Shown: positions 18,580-26,430 of the stretch, piece by piece
Layout of the letters: each line of letters begins with the position of its first letter
Numbering within the stretch: the stretch's first letter is position 1
Origin: a virus
Virus record (IMG/VR): IMGVR_UViG_3300048906_000023
Location: 1 to 48,014 of that record
Reading direction: 5' to 3' (one strand)
DNA: 48,014 nucleotides
Program-made: the position numbers and the translations under genes
The notes under the pieces: generated by a model
The model's input: only the letters and a program-made list of their open reading frames with translations
What the model was told of the DNA's origin: nothing
The model's database searches: none

Positions 18580-18635
18580 TTGTGGTGCGTCATTGCACGG
18601 GTGCATAATAGCACCGTAACCATAACCATTGTCAA
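18580..18635. promoter_or_regulatory. candidate overlapping divergent sigma70-type promoters
   Basis: Rightward: TTGTGG (18580-85), 18-nt spacer, CATAAT (18604-09). Leftward: TTGACA (complement of 18630-35), 19-nt spacer, TATTAT (complement of 18605-10). Confidence 0.4.
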
Positions 18636-18636
18636 C

Positions 18637-20358
18637 ATGCTTCGACACTATCAAACCGAAACCGTTACCGCGATCGATGCGGCGTGGGGATCAGGCTACA
18701 AGAACATCATTCCGCAGCTTCCGACAGGTGCCGGAAAGACGCGGATCATGGGGTTTTTCGCGAAACGTCACGTGGACGCAGGCGGTTACGGTGTCGCCAT
18801 CGCGCATCGCAGCGTGCTCGTCGGGCAACTTTCGATGGCGCTCGCTGAGCTGGGTGTTCCGCACGACATCATTGCGCAGAAGGAAGTCGTTCGCACGATC
18901 GTGGCTGAGCACATGGAAGACCTGGGGCGGTCATTCTATGTGCCAGGCGCACGCTTCAAAGTCTGCAGCGTCGATACCCTGCCCGGACGCTCCGCAGCGC
19001 TCGCACCGTGGATCGCTCAGTGCACCATGGGGTTCACGGACGAGGCCCATCACGTCCTCGCTTCGAACAAGTGGGGTAAAGAATGTTTACGGTTCACGAA
19101 CCCCGCGATGCGGTGGCTGCTGCCCACTGCCACGCCTGAGCGAGCGGACGGCAAGGGCTTGGGTGTTGATGCCCACGGCATCGCGGACTTGATCGTGCCG
19201 GGGCCGTCCATGCGATGGTTGATCGACAATGGCTACCTGACGAACTTCCAAATCAGGGCGCCGCTTCCGGCCGACCTGGACTTGTCGAAAGTCGATATCG
19301 GTGCGAACGGTGAGTACAACCTCACGCAGTTGCGCAAGGCCGTCCACCAGTCGAAAAAGATTCTCGGCAACGTCGTTGACACCTACAAGAAGTTCACGCC
19401 GGGACAGCTCGGCATCGCGTTCGCGGTGGACATCGAGCACGCGATTGCGCTCACGAAAGAGTTCAACGACAAGGGCGTCCCGTGCGAACTCATCACGGGC
19501 GAGGAAGACCAAGGATCGCGTACCAAGAAGCTGAAGCGCTACCGTGCGCGACAGACCCTCGTCCTCGTGAACGTGGACTTGTTCGGCGAGGGTTTCGACT
19601 TGCCGGCCATCGAAGTCGTAATGATGGCGCGGCCCACCGCGAGTTACGCCCTGTTCGCGCAGCAGTTCGGACGTGGCCTGCGCCTGGGTGTCTCGCGTGC
19701 GGATATCGAGCTGTGGGAGACGTACACCGTCGCTCAACGCCTGGCGATCATCGCGGCCAGCGTGAAGCCCATCGCGTCGATCCACGACCACGTCGGCAAC
19801 ATGCTGCACTTCGGCGGGCCGCCCACGATGCCGCGTGAGTTCTCGCTCGACGCTCGTGTGCGTGGCGGTGAACCCAGCGGCGCGCTGGCGCTGCGGGTGT
19901 GTCTCAACCCGAATTGCCTGCAGCCCTTCGAGCGCTATCACACGCACTGCCCGTACTGCGGTTTCAACGTGCCTCCGCCGCCACTCACGAGCCTGCCGGA
20001 ACAGGTAGACGGAGACATCATCCTGTATACCGAGGACATGCTGCGCAAGCTGTTCGGCGTGGGCACCGTGGCGGAAGCGCTGGCCCTGGAGCCGAATCGC
20101 ATCCTGCATTTCCCGACGAACATCCGCGATCAGGGGCAGGCCCGCGGCATGCAGGCCGACCATAACAAGAAGCTGCTTGCGCAACAGCGCCTGGCGATGC
20201 TCATGCCGCTGGTGATGCCGCCGAAGTACACGGAGCGCGAGAACGCTCGTCGGTTCTTCCTCAATTACGGTTACGACATCGTGCAGGCCCGGCTGCTGCT
20301 CGGCGCCGCGACGGAAGCGCTGGTCGAGAAGATCGAAAAGAGCCTGACTAAAGTATAG
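18637..20358 (+). CDS. DEAD/DEAH-box (SF2) helicase with C-terminal zinc ribbon
   Basis: LRHYQ, Walker A PTGAGKT, DEAH box FTDEAHH, and CLNPNC...CPYCG. Confidence 0.85.
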   Translation: MLRHYQTETVTAIDAAWGSGYKNIIPQLPTGAGKTRIMGFFAKRHVDAGGYGVAIAHRSVLVGQLSMALAELGVPHDIIAQKEVVRTIVAEHMEDLGRSFYVPGARFKVCSVDTLPGRSAALAPWIAQCTMGFTDEAHHVLASNKWGKECLRFTNPAMRWLLPTATPERADGKGLGVDAHGIADLIVPGPSMRWLIDNGYLTNFQIRAPLPADLDLSKVDIGANGEYNLTQLRKAVHQSKKILGNVVDTYKKFTPGQLGIAFAVDIEHAIALTKEFNDKGVPCELITGEEDQGSRTKKLKRYRARQTLVLVNVDLFGEGFDLPAIEVVMMARPTASYALFAQQFGRGLRLGVSRADIELWETYTVAQRLAIIAASVKPIASIHDHVGNMLHFGGPPTMPREFSLDARVRGGEPSGALALRVCLNPNCLQPFERYHTHCPYCGFNVPPPPLTSLPEQVDGDIILYTEDMLRKLFGVGTVAEALALEPNRILHFPTNIRDQGQARGMQADHNKKLLAQQRLAMLMPLVMPPKYTERENARRFFLNYGYDIVQARLLLGAATEALVEKIEKSLTKV

Positions 20359-20364
20359 GGCTTA

Positions 20365-20385
20365 TTACGGTTACGGTTACGACGG
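20365..20385. repeat. TTACGG-TTACGG-TTACGA hexamer array; the 19-mer 20367-20385 is identical to 34517-34535
   Basis: Direct reading of both spacers. Confidence 0.9.
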
Positions 20386-20441
20386 GGTTATAGTGCAACC
20401 ACTGGCCCCGTGTTGAGGGCTTCAGCGAAGGAGTTACGGTT

Positions 20442-20702
20442 ATGACGCACTTGAAGATCAATGATGCGATGTGCAACGCATTCGGAGTCATCACCAAGAT
20501 CATGACGGAAGCCAAGGCTACGTGCCTGTGGCGCGTCGGTGGCCCGAACGGATCGGCGTTGGAGGGCTGGACTGTCGGTAAGCGCGTGGTGATCGTGCAA
20601 GCTTTCAAGGAGGGTGGCTGGTCGCATTACCTGCAGAGCGAGAACGACAACAATCTCGCCGACGCGACCATCGAGCTGTTGACCCTTCGCGATCCGGAGT
20701 AA
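20442..20702 (+). CDS. hypothetical protein (86 aa)
   Basis: ORF with AAGGAG and the conserved GTTACGGTTATG start context. Confidence 0.6.
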   Translation: MTHLKINDAMCNAFGVITKIMTEAKATCLWRVGGPNGSALEGWTVGKRVVIVQAFKEGGWSHYLQSENDNNLADATIELLTLRDPE

Positions 20703-20709
20703 CAGCACC

Positions 20710-20931
20710 ATGAAGATCGCCACGCGCACTCTGCCGCCTCCCTTGCGTCCTGCGATGGACATCACGCTGACCGGCGATGAACTCGTCGGCGCCATCCTGG
20801 CCTACCTGGCTGCTCGTAACCTGAGCGTCATCGGCCCGCTCGCGATCAACGTGGATGGCGAGCGCCTGCGCGGCGTGGCACACGTGGTGATCCAGCTCGA
20901 CCCGGAATCCAACATCGTCATTACGGAGTGA
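20710..20931 (+). CDS. hypothetical protein (73 aa)
   Basis: ORF tightly packed in a co-directional series. Confidence 0.55.
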   Translation: MKIATRTLPPPLRPAMDITLTGDELVGAILAYLAARNLSVIGPLAINVDGERLRGVAHVVIQLDPESNIVITE

Positions 20932-20938
20932 CATCACC

Positions 20939-21313
20939 ATGAACACCCGATCGCTCATCACGCTGTGGAACCACACGCAGCAACACCCCGGCACCAGCGG
21001 CGCGCGTGCCTGCGCTGGCGTCCTCCTGAGCCTGTACAACGGCGCCCGATTCCCGATGGACTTGACCGACCTGCGGGTGATGGACGCGGCCCTGGTTGCC
21101 CACGCCATCGCGGTCATCACGGACGACGCGACGAACTGCAAGATGGAGGTTCACTCGTGGCTCAACAAGCTGAGCGGCCGGTGTGACTTCAGCGACCGCT
21201 TCGAGCTGCTGGCGTGGGAATACAAGGCGTTCGCGCGTGGCCGCGTCAAGGCACCGGAGCGCAAGGCGCTGGAACTGTCGGTCGTGCCCTCGCGTTACAA
21301 CGTGGGGTCGTAA
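20939..21313 (+). CDS. hypothetical protein (124 aa)
   Basis: ORF preceded by GGAG. Confidence 0.6.
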   Translation: MNTRSLITLWNHTQQHPGTSGARACAGVLLSLYNGARFPMDLTDLRVMDAALVAHAIAVITDDATNCKMEVHSWLNKLSGRCDFSDRFELLAWEYKAFARGRVKAPERKALELSVVPSRYNVGS

Positions 21314-21315
21314 CC

Positions 21316-21543
21316 ATGCTGTTCCAAGCCATCGAAAACGCGAACCTGCGCCTCATTGGCGACCCCGAGCACAACATCCTCGATGTCCACGCGCGCCGTG
21401 AAATCGTGAATGGCTATCAGGAAATCACGGTCGCATTCGAGCCGACGCCCGACGAGCTGCGCCGCCTCAACGAAGGCAAGCCGGTGTACGTCACGCAACT
21501 CGGCAACTCGTTCCATCCCATCCGTGTCGAGGTGAAAGCATGA
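21316..21543 (+). CDS. hypothetical protein (75 aa)
   Basis: Inner ATG of ORF 21214..21543, immediately after the upstream stop (tcgtaaccATG). Confidence 0.5.
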   Translation: MLFQAIENANLRLIGDPEHNILDVHARREIVNGYQEITVAFEPTPDELRRLNEGKPVYVTQLGNSFHPIRVEVKA

Positions 21544-21863
21544 TGAAACTCGTAACCACTGCTGAAAGAATCAAAACCGTTGCCGCTCGCTGGAAGGACG
21601 CCTATCCGGGTTCGAGATGGGGTGCGGACAAGCTCGCAATTTCTGCGGCCCTGGACGCCCTCGATCCGCTGACCGCCACTGCGGAGGACGTCGCCGCGAT
21701 CATCGGCAACACGTCATGGACGGATTTGAACGATTGCGACGACTGCGGCGCGAAAGGGGCTGCTGTCATTCAAGTCGGCGAAGAACCCCATTACGAGAGC
21801 TACACGGCGTACCTTTGCCCGGCCTGCGTGCGCAAAGCCTACAAGCTGTGCAAGGGGCTGTGA
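21540..21863 (+). CDS. hypothetical protein with CxxC...CxxC zinc-ribbon-like motif (107 aa)
   Basis: ATGA overlap with the upstream gene. Motifs CDDCG and CPAC. Confidence 0.6.
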   Translation: MMKLVTTAERIKTVAARWKDAYPGSRWGADKLAISAALDALDPLTATAEDVAAIIGNTSWTDLNDCDDCGAKGAAVIQVGEEPHYESYTAYLCPACVRKAYKLCKGL

Positions 21864-22024
21864 TGAAGCGCAGCGACTGCTATCTCACGTTCACGGAAGC
21901 GCTGGAGCGCTACCTGCTGGCACGTGACGCCGTGATCCATCACCCGGAAGGATCGCGCGAGCACGCCAAAGCGCTGGACGAGTTGGAAGTGGCGCGCGAG
22001 CACATGGAGGCCCTGACATCATGA
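21863..22024 (+). CDS. hypothetical protein (53 aa)
   Basis: TGATG overlap with the upstream gene; inner ATG of ORF 21617..22024. Confidence 0.45.
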   Translation: MKRSDCYLTFTEALERYLLARDAVIHHPEGSREHAKALDELEVAREHMEALTS

Positions 22025-22221
22025 CCCTCGACGAACACAACAAGCTGCAGGGCCTGCGCAAGAGCCTCAAAGGCTCCGGGCTGTTCTGCTTCGAGAAGTC
22101 CGGCCGGTTCTTCCTGTACCGCGAGGCCGACATCAAGGGCGAGCGAAACACGCTGGTGGTGAGCGCCGACAAGATCGACGACTTCGTAACCCGCGCGGTG
22201 AAGCATGCTCCGAGTCGCTGA
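22021..22221 (+). CDS. hypothetical protein (66 aa)
   Basis: ATGA overlap with the upstream gene. Confidence 0.55.
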   Translation: MTLDEHNKLQGLRKSLKGSGLFCFEKSGRFFLYREADIKGERNTLVVSADKIDDFVTRAVKHAPSR

Positions 22222-22274
22222 CGCTGGCGGCTGCACCTGTCAATACCGTAACTGGCCCTGGGGCCGCGAAGGAT

Positions 22275-22586
22275 GTGAACATGCCCGTGACACCGTGGCC
22301 CGAACAGGACTCGTTCGACCGAATGATGCTGAAGCTGGCGCTCAACAGCGGAACGTTCCCGACGTGGCCGCTCGAAAAGCTGTCTCCCGCATGCGCTTCG
22401 AGCCAGGCGAGCGACGCGGCGGCTTGCGGCAATGCGCCATCGCTTTGGCAGGACGGCGACTATAAGTTCTCGATGCGCTTTCACATGGACGCCAAACAGA
22501 GCCGATCGTTCTGGCAGTGGTTCGATTACGGTGGCTCTGACCTCGCGTACTGCCGCGACGTCGTGCTGCGCGGGGTGTGGGAATGA
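22275..22586 (+). CDS. hypothetical protein (103 aa)
   Basis: ORF preceded by GAAGGA. Confidence 0.55.
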   Translation: MNMPVTPWPEQDSFDRMMLKLALNSGTFPTWPLEKLSPACASSQASDAAACGNAPSLWQDGDYKFSMRFHMDAKQSRSFWQWFDYGGSDLAYCRDVVLRGVWE

Positions 22587-22726
22587 ACGTCCGCCCATGG
22601 ACTCACGCGCCGTCGGGCCGTGGGTATCGCGTCATGCTGGAGGACGGATCGCGGCTGTTCATCGCCATCTACCCGTCTCACATTGAAATCTTCAACGAGG
22701 CACGCCAGCGCGTGTATCCGAAATGA
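22583..22726 (+). CDS. hypothetical protein (47 aa; MNVRPWTHAPSGRGYRVMLEDGSRLFIAIYPSHIEIFNEARQRVYPK)
   Basis: Hand-translated (below the track cutoff). ATGA overlaps at both ends link it into the gene chain. Confidence 0.45.
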   Translation: MNVRPWTHAPSGRGYRVMLEDGSRLFIAIYPSHIEIFNEARQRVYPK

Positions 22727-22914
22727 CTGACCTTGACAAAGAGCGCGAAGGCTATCGGTACTACGCGAAGCACCGCAAGACCGTGCATCACGGTTCCCAA
22801 GTCCCTGAGAACAACCCGTACCCGGTCGATTCCGCGCAGTTCGTGTCGTGGCAAGACGGTTTCGACCTGGCTGCTTACGATGACAGCATTGGCGATTTGG
22901 AGGATGAGCTATGA
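22723..22914 (+). CDS. hypothetical acidic protein (63 aa)
   Basis: ATGA overlap with the upstream gene. Confidence 0.55.
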   Translation: MTDLDKEREGYRYYAKHRKTVHHGSQVPENNPYPVDSAQFVSWQDGFDLAAYDDSIGDLEDEL

Positions 22915-23330
22915 GTGTCAATCGCGAACAGCAGATCGCCAAAGCTGCCCGATTGATCTTCGAGGCATACAACATGCCCCGCGATCACTACCCTGACGAC
23001 TACAGCTATTCGATGTTCATCGCAGGCAAGGTACGCGAAGCGCATGGTGTCATGCAGTGCGTTCGCGGCGTGGCGACCTGGAGCGCTGACAACTGCGTCA
23101 CCCCTGCTCCCGCTCCGGTAGCAGTGGCGGTGGAGCCGGTGGCGCTGTCGTCCGAACAGATCGCAAAGGTGGCGCATGAAGCCATCGGCTACGACGGAAC
23201 TGGATTTCAGGAAGTGCACAGCGGCGACCTTCGTTGGTTCGCACAGTGCATCCTCCGCGCCGCCCAGCTTGCCACTCCTACGGTCGCCGCCAGCAGTGCA
23301 GCGGAACCGAGCGGGGAGTCCGAGCTGTGA
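22911..23330 (+). CDS. hypothetical protein (139 aa)
   Basis: ATGA overlap with the upstream gene. Confidence 0.6.
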   Translation: MSVNREQQIAKAARLIFEAYNMPRDHYPDDYSYSMFIAGKVREAHGVMQCVRGVATWSADNCVTPAPAPVAVAVEPVALSSEQIAKVAHEAIGYDGTGFQEVHSGDLRWFAQCILRAAQLATPTVAASSAAEPSGESEL

Positions 23331-23932
23331 TGTCCACGCCGTCGTCACTCGCCGAGCTGCTGAAGCGCTGGGCGCACGAACACCACGTCGGAAGCTCCGC
23401 GCTCGTCGCGCTGTCCCACGTCCTGGCGTCCTACGATGCCGCACCTGCGCCCGTGGACTCCGACAAGCTCAGCTCCGAGGCCCGCGTGCAGTCGCTCGTG
23501 CGGGTCGAGGCCGCGCAGGCGGGCTACTGGCTGACTCGTAACAACGTCGGCGCGTTCCAAGACCCGCGCAGCGTCATTTGCGTGCACTGCGGCAAACCGG
23601 CCATGGGCGCGCGGGCTACCGCGGGGCGCTGGATTCGTTACGGTCTTGCCAATGAATCGAAACAACAAAACGCCATCATCAAAAGCGCCGACTTGATCGG
23701 GTTTCGACGACGCGTTATTATCGGTTCCGATGTCGGTTCCGAAATCGCTCAGTTCGTGTCCCGTGAGTGCAAGGCCGAGGGGTGGCAACCGTCACCCAAC
23801 GACGCGCACGAACAAGCACAGAGCGCATGGCGGGACTTCGTCAACTCGAACGGGGGCGACGCCGCTTTCGTTAGCGGCCCCGGTTCTTTCCAACCACGCG
23901 TAGCGCTCCCGCTCGCAGTTCTCAAGAGGTGA
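23330..23932 (+). CDS. VRR-NUC-type PD-(D/E)XK nuclease (putative junction resolvase)
   Basis: TGATG overlap start. Motif SADLIGFRR...AQFVSRECKAEG (D...E.K). Confidence 0.55.
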   Translation: MSTPSSLAELLKRWAHEHHVGSSALVALSHVLASYDAAPAPVDSDKLSSEARVQSLVRVEAAQAGYWLTRNNVGAFQDPRSVICVHCGKPAMGARATAGRWIRYGLANESKQQNAIIKSADLIGFRRRVIIGSDVGSEIAQFVSRECKAEGWQPSPNDAHEQAQSAWRDFVNSNGGDAAFVSGPGSFQPRVALPLAVLKR

Positions 23933-23938
23933 TTTCAA

Positions 23939-24370
23939 ATGTCCAAGAAGACCATGTCCTACGATGAACGTCGCAATGCCGCGATCGCCATCGGTGTCCA
24001 GTTCGCCAAGAAGGTCGGCGCCGCCAATGTGTCGGTGGCGTCCGTCGCTGCGAAACAAGGCGTGAGCGGCCCGATGCTGTTCAACATCTTCGGTTCGCGC
24101 AAGGCGTTCACCGACGCGATCGTCAAGGCCGCCAAGAAGTCCGGCGCCACGCTGCCGGCGCTGGGCACCAAGAAGGCCGCTCCCGCGAAGAAGACTGCGC
24201 CGCCGGTCAAGAAGGCCGCTCCGGTCGCGGCCAAGAAGCCGGCGCCCGCCAAGAAGGTCGCGGCGCTGCTCAAGCCCAAGAAGGCCGCTGCCGCGCCCAA
24301 GAAGGCCGCCGAGAAGTTCAAGGCCCTGCCCACGCCCTTCGAGGCGTCCGTGGCTGCTGTCGCAGGCTGA
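23939..24370 (+). CDS. DNA-binding protein: TetR-like HTH N-terminus fused to a histone H1/AlgP-like Lys-Ala-Pro tail
   Basis: VSVASVAAKQGVSGPMLFNIFGSRKAF is HTH-like. It is followed by about 70 aa of KKAAP/AKK repeats. Confidence 0.65.
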   Translation: MSKKTMSYDERRNAAIAIGVQFAKKVGAANVSVASVAAKQGVSGPMLFNIFGSRKAFTDAIVKAAKKSGATLPALGTKKAAPAKKTAPPVKKAAPVAAKKPAPAKKVAALLKPKKAAAAPKKAAEKFKALPTPFEASVAAVAG

Positions 24371-24376
24371 GCGATC

Positions 24377-25294
24377 ATGAGTGCCCCACTCACTCATGAC
24401 CAGCTGATCCAACGATGTTTCGGGCATCGCCTGCTCGACCCGGTTGTCGGCGTGATCGAAGACCTGCAACGTCTCTGCTCCGAAGTCGCCGATCAAGCCT
24501 ACCAGCGCGGTAAGGATCGCGTCATGAAGCTGATGCTTCAAGAGCAGAGCAACCCGAGCACGCTCGACGAGCACGCAGCGGCAACCAACGAAGCTGAGCG
24601 CGTGGGCATGTCGTTCCTCGTGCATGGTGTCCACGTCAGCCCTGACCACGTCGTGATCGTCAGTGCCGGCCAGGGCACCGGCCCGATCGCTGCGATGCGC
24701 AACGAGAAGGACGAGGCGCGCGCCACGCTGGAGGAAGCACAGCGCGTGCTCGCAGAAGTCAAGGAAGCGAAGGCCGACAACACGTTCCTCGCGAACCGCG
24801 TGCGTCGCATGTGCAATCTCTGCAGCGTGCCGATTCCCGAGGGTGACGATGCGTTCGTCGCAGCCGTGGCCGGCACGCTGCTCGGCTCGTGCTGCTTCAA
24901 GCTGTCCAAGTTCCAAGAGGACATGAGCCGTCTACAGGGTGATGCCTTCGCCGCGCTCAAGAAGTTGGCGGACTCGTGGAAGCCCACGCTCGTGCGTGCT
25001 CCGACGTCCTGCAAGTTCACCAATCGCGGCGCGCCGTGCGTGAGCCACTGCGGTGATCCGGTGTGCATCGGCAAGCCGGCGCCCACGCTGGCCGACGTCG
25101 AGCCCGCTGGCCTGGCGCCCGTGGGTATCGACACCACCGATCCGACGCAGGTCGCCATCGTGTCCACGCTCGCGCCGGACAGCCCGCTGCTGAAGCCGAT
25201 CACGGACGAACCGGAACCCGGCGAGACGGCCGCTTGCGGTGTCTGTGGCAAGCTGTTCACTGGCGCGGGCCTGTTCTGCGCCGATCACTCGTAA
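24377..25294 (+). CDS. hypothetical Cys-rich protein (305 aa)
   Basis: ORF in the co-directional series, with several CxxC-like pairs near the C-terminus. Confidence 0.6.
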   Translation: MSAPLTHDQLIQRCFGHRLLDPVVGVIEDLQRLCSEVADQAYQRGKDRVMKLMLQEQSNPSTLDEHAAATNEAERVGMSFLVHGVHVSPDHVVIVSAGQGTGPIAAMRNEKDEARATLEEAQRVLAEVKEAKADNTFLANRVRRMCNLCSVPIPEGDDAFVAAVAGTLLGSCCFKLSKFQEDMSRLQGDAFAALKKLADSWKPTLVRAPTSCKFTNRGAPCVSHCGDPVCIGKPAPTLADVEPAGLAPVGIDTTDPTQVAIVSTLAPDSPLLKPITDEPEPGETAACGVCGKLFTGAGLFCADHS

Positions 25295-25314
25295 CCCTAA
25301 GGAGCACTACCACC

Positions 25315-26430
25315 ATGAAACGTTTCGTCCTCGCGCTGTCGCTCGCGCTGTTCTCCGCGCTGGGCATGGCGGTCGCCACCGACCCGGCCGCCGTCACGCT
25401 CGACATGCAAGTCCCCATCGCGGCGCCGACCGCGGCGCATCCCGCCAGCGTCCCCGCCGGCTCGTGGTTCACCAGCGGTCGCAACCTCTACAAGCCCGAC
25501 GGCAAGCTGTTCTATCCCGCTGGCGTGAATAACAACCACTGGGATCAGGCTCCCGCGGCCGTGGGAATCCCGCTGACCGGCGCGAACTCCGTGCGCCTGT
25601 CCGTCGTGTTCACGCAGAGCCAGGCCGTGAACTGGAAGGTGGTCGATCCCTACGTGGCCGCCGGCCTGTTCCCGATCATCGCGAACCTCTCGACGACGTG
25701 CAAGACGGACACGGCCTCGCTGCAATCGAACGTGGACAACTGGATCGCGCAGCTCGCCACGTGGACGAAGTACAACGGTGTTGGCGCCATCAACATCGCC
25801 AACGAGTGGGGGCCGCTGGGCCTGACGACCACCGGCAGCGGACGCACCGCGGTTACGGTTCCGAACTACACCTGGCGCGACAACTACATCACCGCGGTGA
25901 GCCGCATGCGCAGCGCCGGCTACAACGGCCTGCTGGTGATCGACGCCCCGTACTGCGGCCAGGACGCCGAGACGATCGTGCGTGACGGCCCGGCCGTGCT
26001 CGCCGCCGACCCGCAACACAATCTGCTGTTCGACATCCACATTTACGGGACGTTCCACTACCCGGCCACGAGCGCGAGCCAGGGCGACTACAAGGCCCGC
26101 ATGACCGCGATGTCCGCGTCCGGCCTGCCGATCCTCGTGGGTGAGTTCGGCCCCGCGCCCTACACCACCGACGACGGCGTGGTGCACACGATCGGCGCTT
26201 CCGCAACGCTGGTTCCGACGCTGCGACTGCTCGCCGACATCAAGCAGGCTGGCCTGGCGGGGTGGCTCGTGTGGGGGTACAACGACAACAACCTCGCCGG
26301 ATGCAAGACGGTGGACGTGGGCTGGTTCGGCATGACGAACTACTGCAGCACCTACACCGGCCTGGACAGCCAGTTGACCGCGTTCGGCCGGCTGATGGTT
26401 CCGATCCTCAAGGCCACCAACGGTAAGTGA
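25315..26430 (+). CDS. secreted glycoside hydrolase family 5 (mannanase/glucanase-like)
   Basis: Signal peptide MKRFVLALSLALFSALGMAVA. NIANEW (acid/base) and LVGEFG (nucleophile) motifs, plus GWLVWGYNDN. Strong RBS AAGGAGCACTACCACCATG. Confidence 0.75.
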   Translation: MKRFVLALSLALFSALGMAVATDPAAVTLDMQVPIAAPTAAHPASVPAGSWFTSGRNLYKPDGKLFYPAGVNNNHWDQAPAAVGIPLTGANSVRLSVVFTQSQAVNWKVVDPYVAAGLFPIIANLSTTCKTDTASLQSNVDNWIAQLATWTKYNGVGAINIANEWGPLGLTTTGSGRTAVTVPNYTWRDNYITAVSRMRSAGYNGLLVIDAPYCGQDAETIVRDGPAVLAADPQHNLLFDIHIYGTFHYPATSASQGDYKARMTAMSASGLPILVGEFGPAPYTTDDGVVHTIGASATLVPTLRLLADIKQAGLAGWLVWGYNDNNLAGCKTVDVGWFGMTNYCSTYTGLDSQLTAFGRLMVPILKATNGK

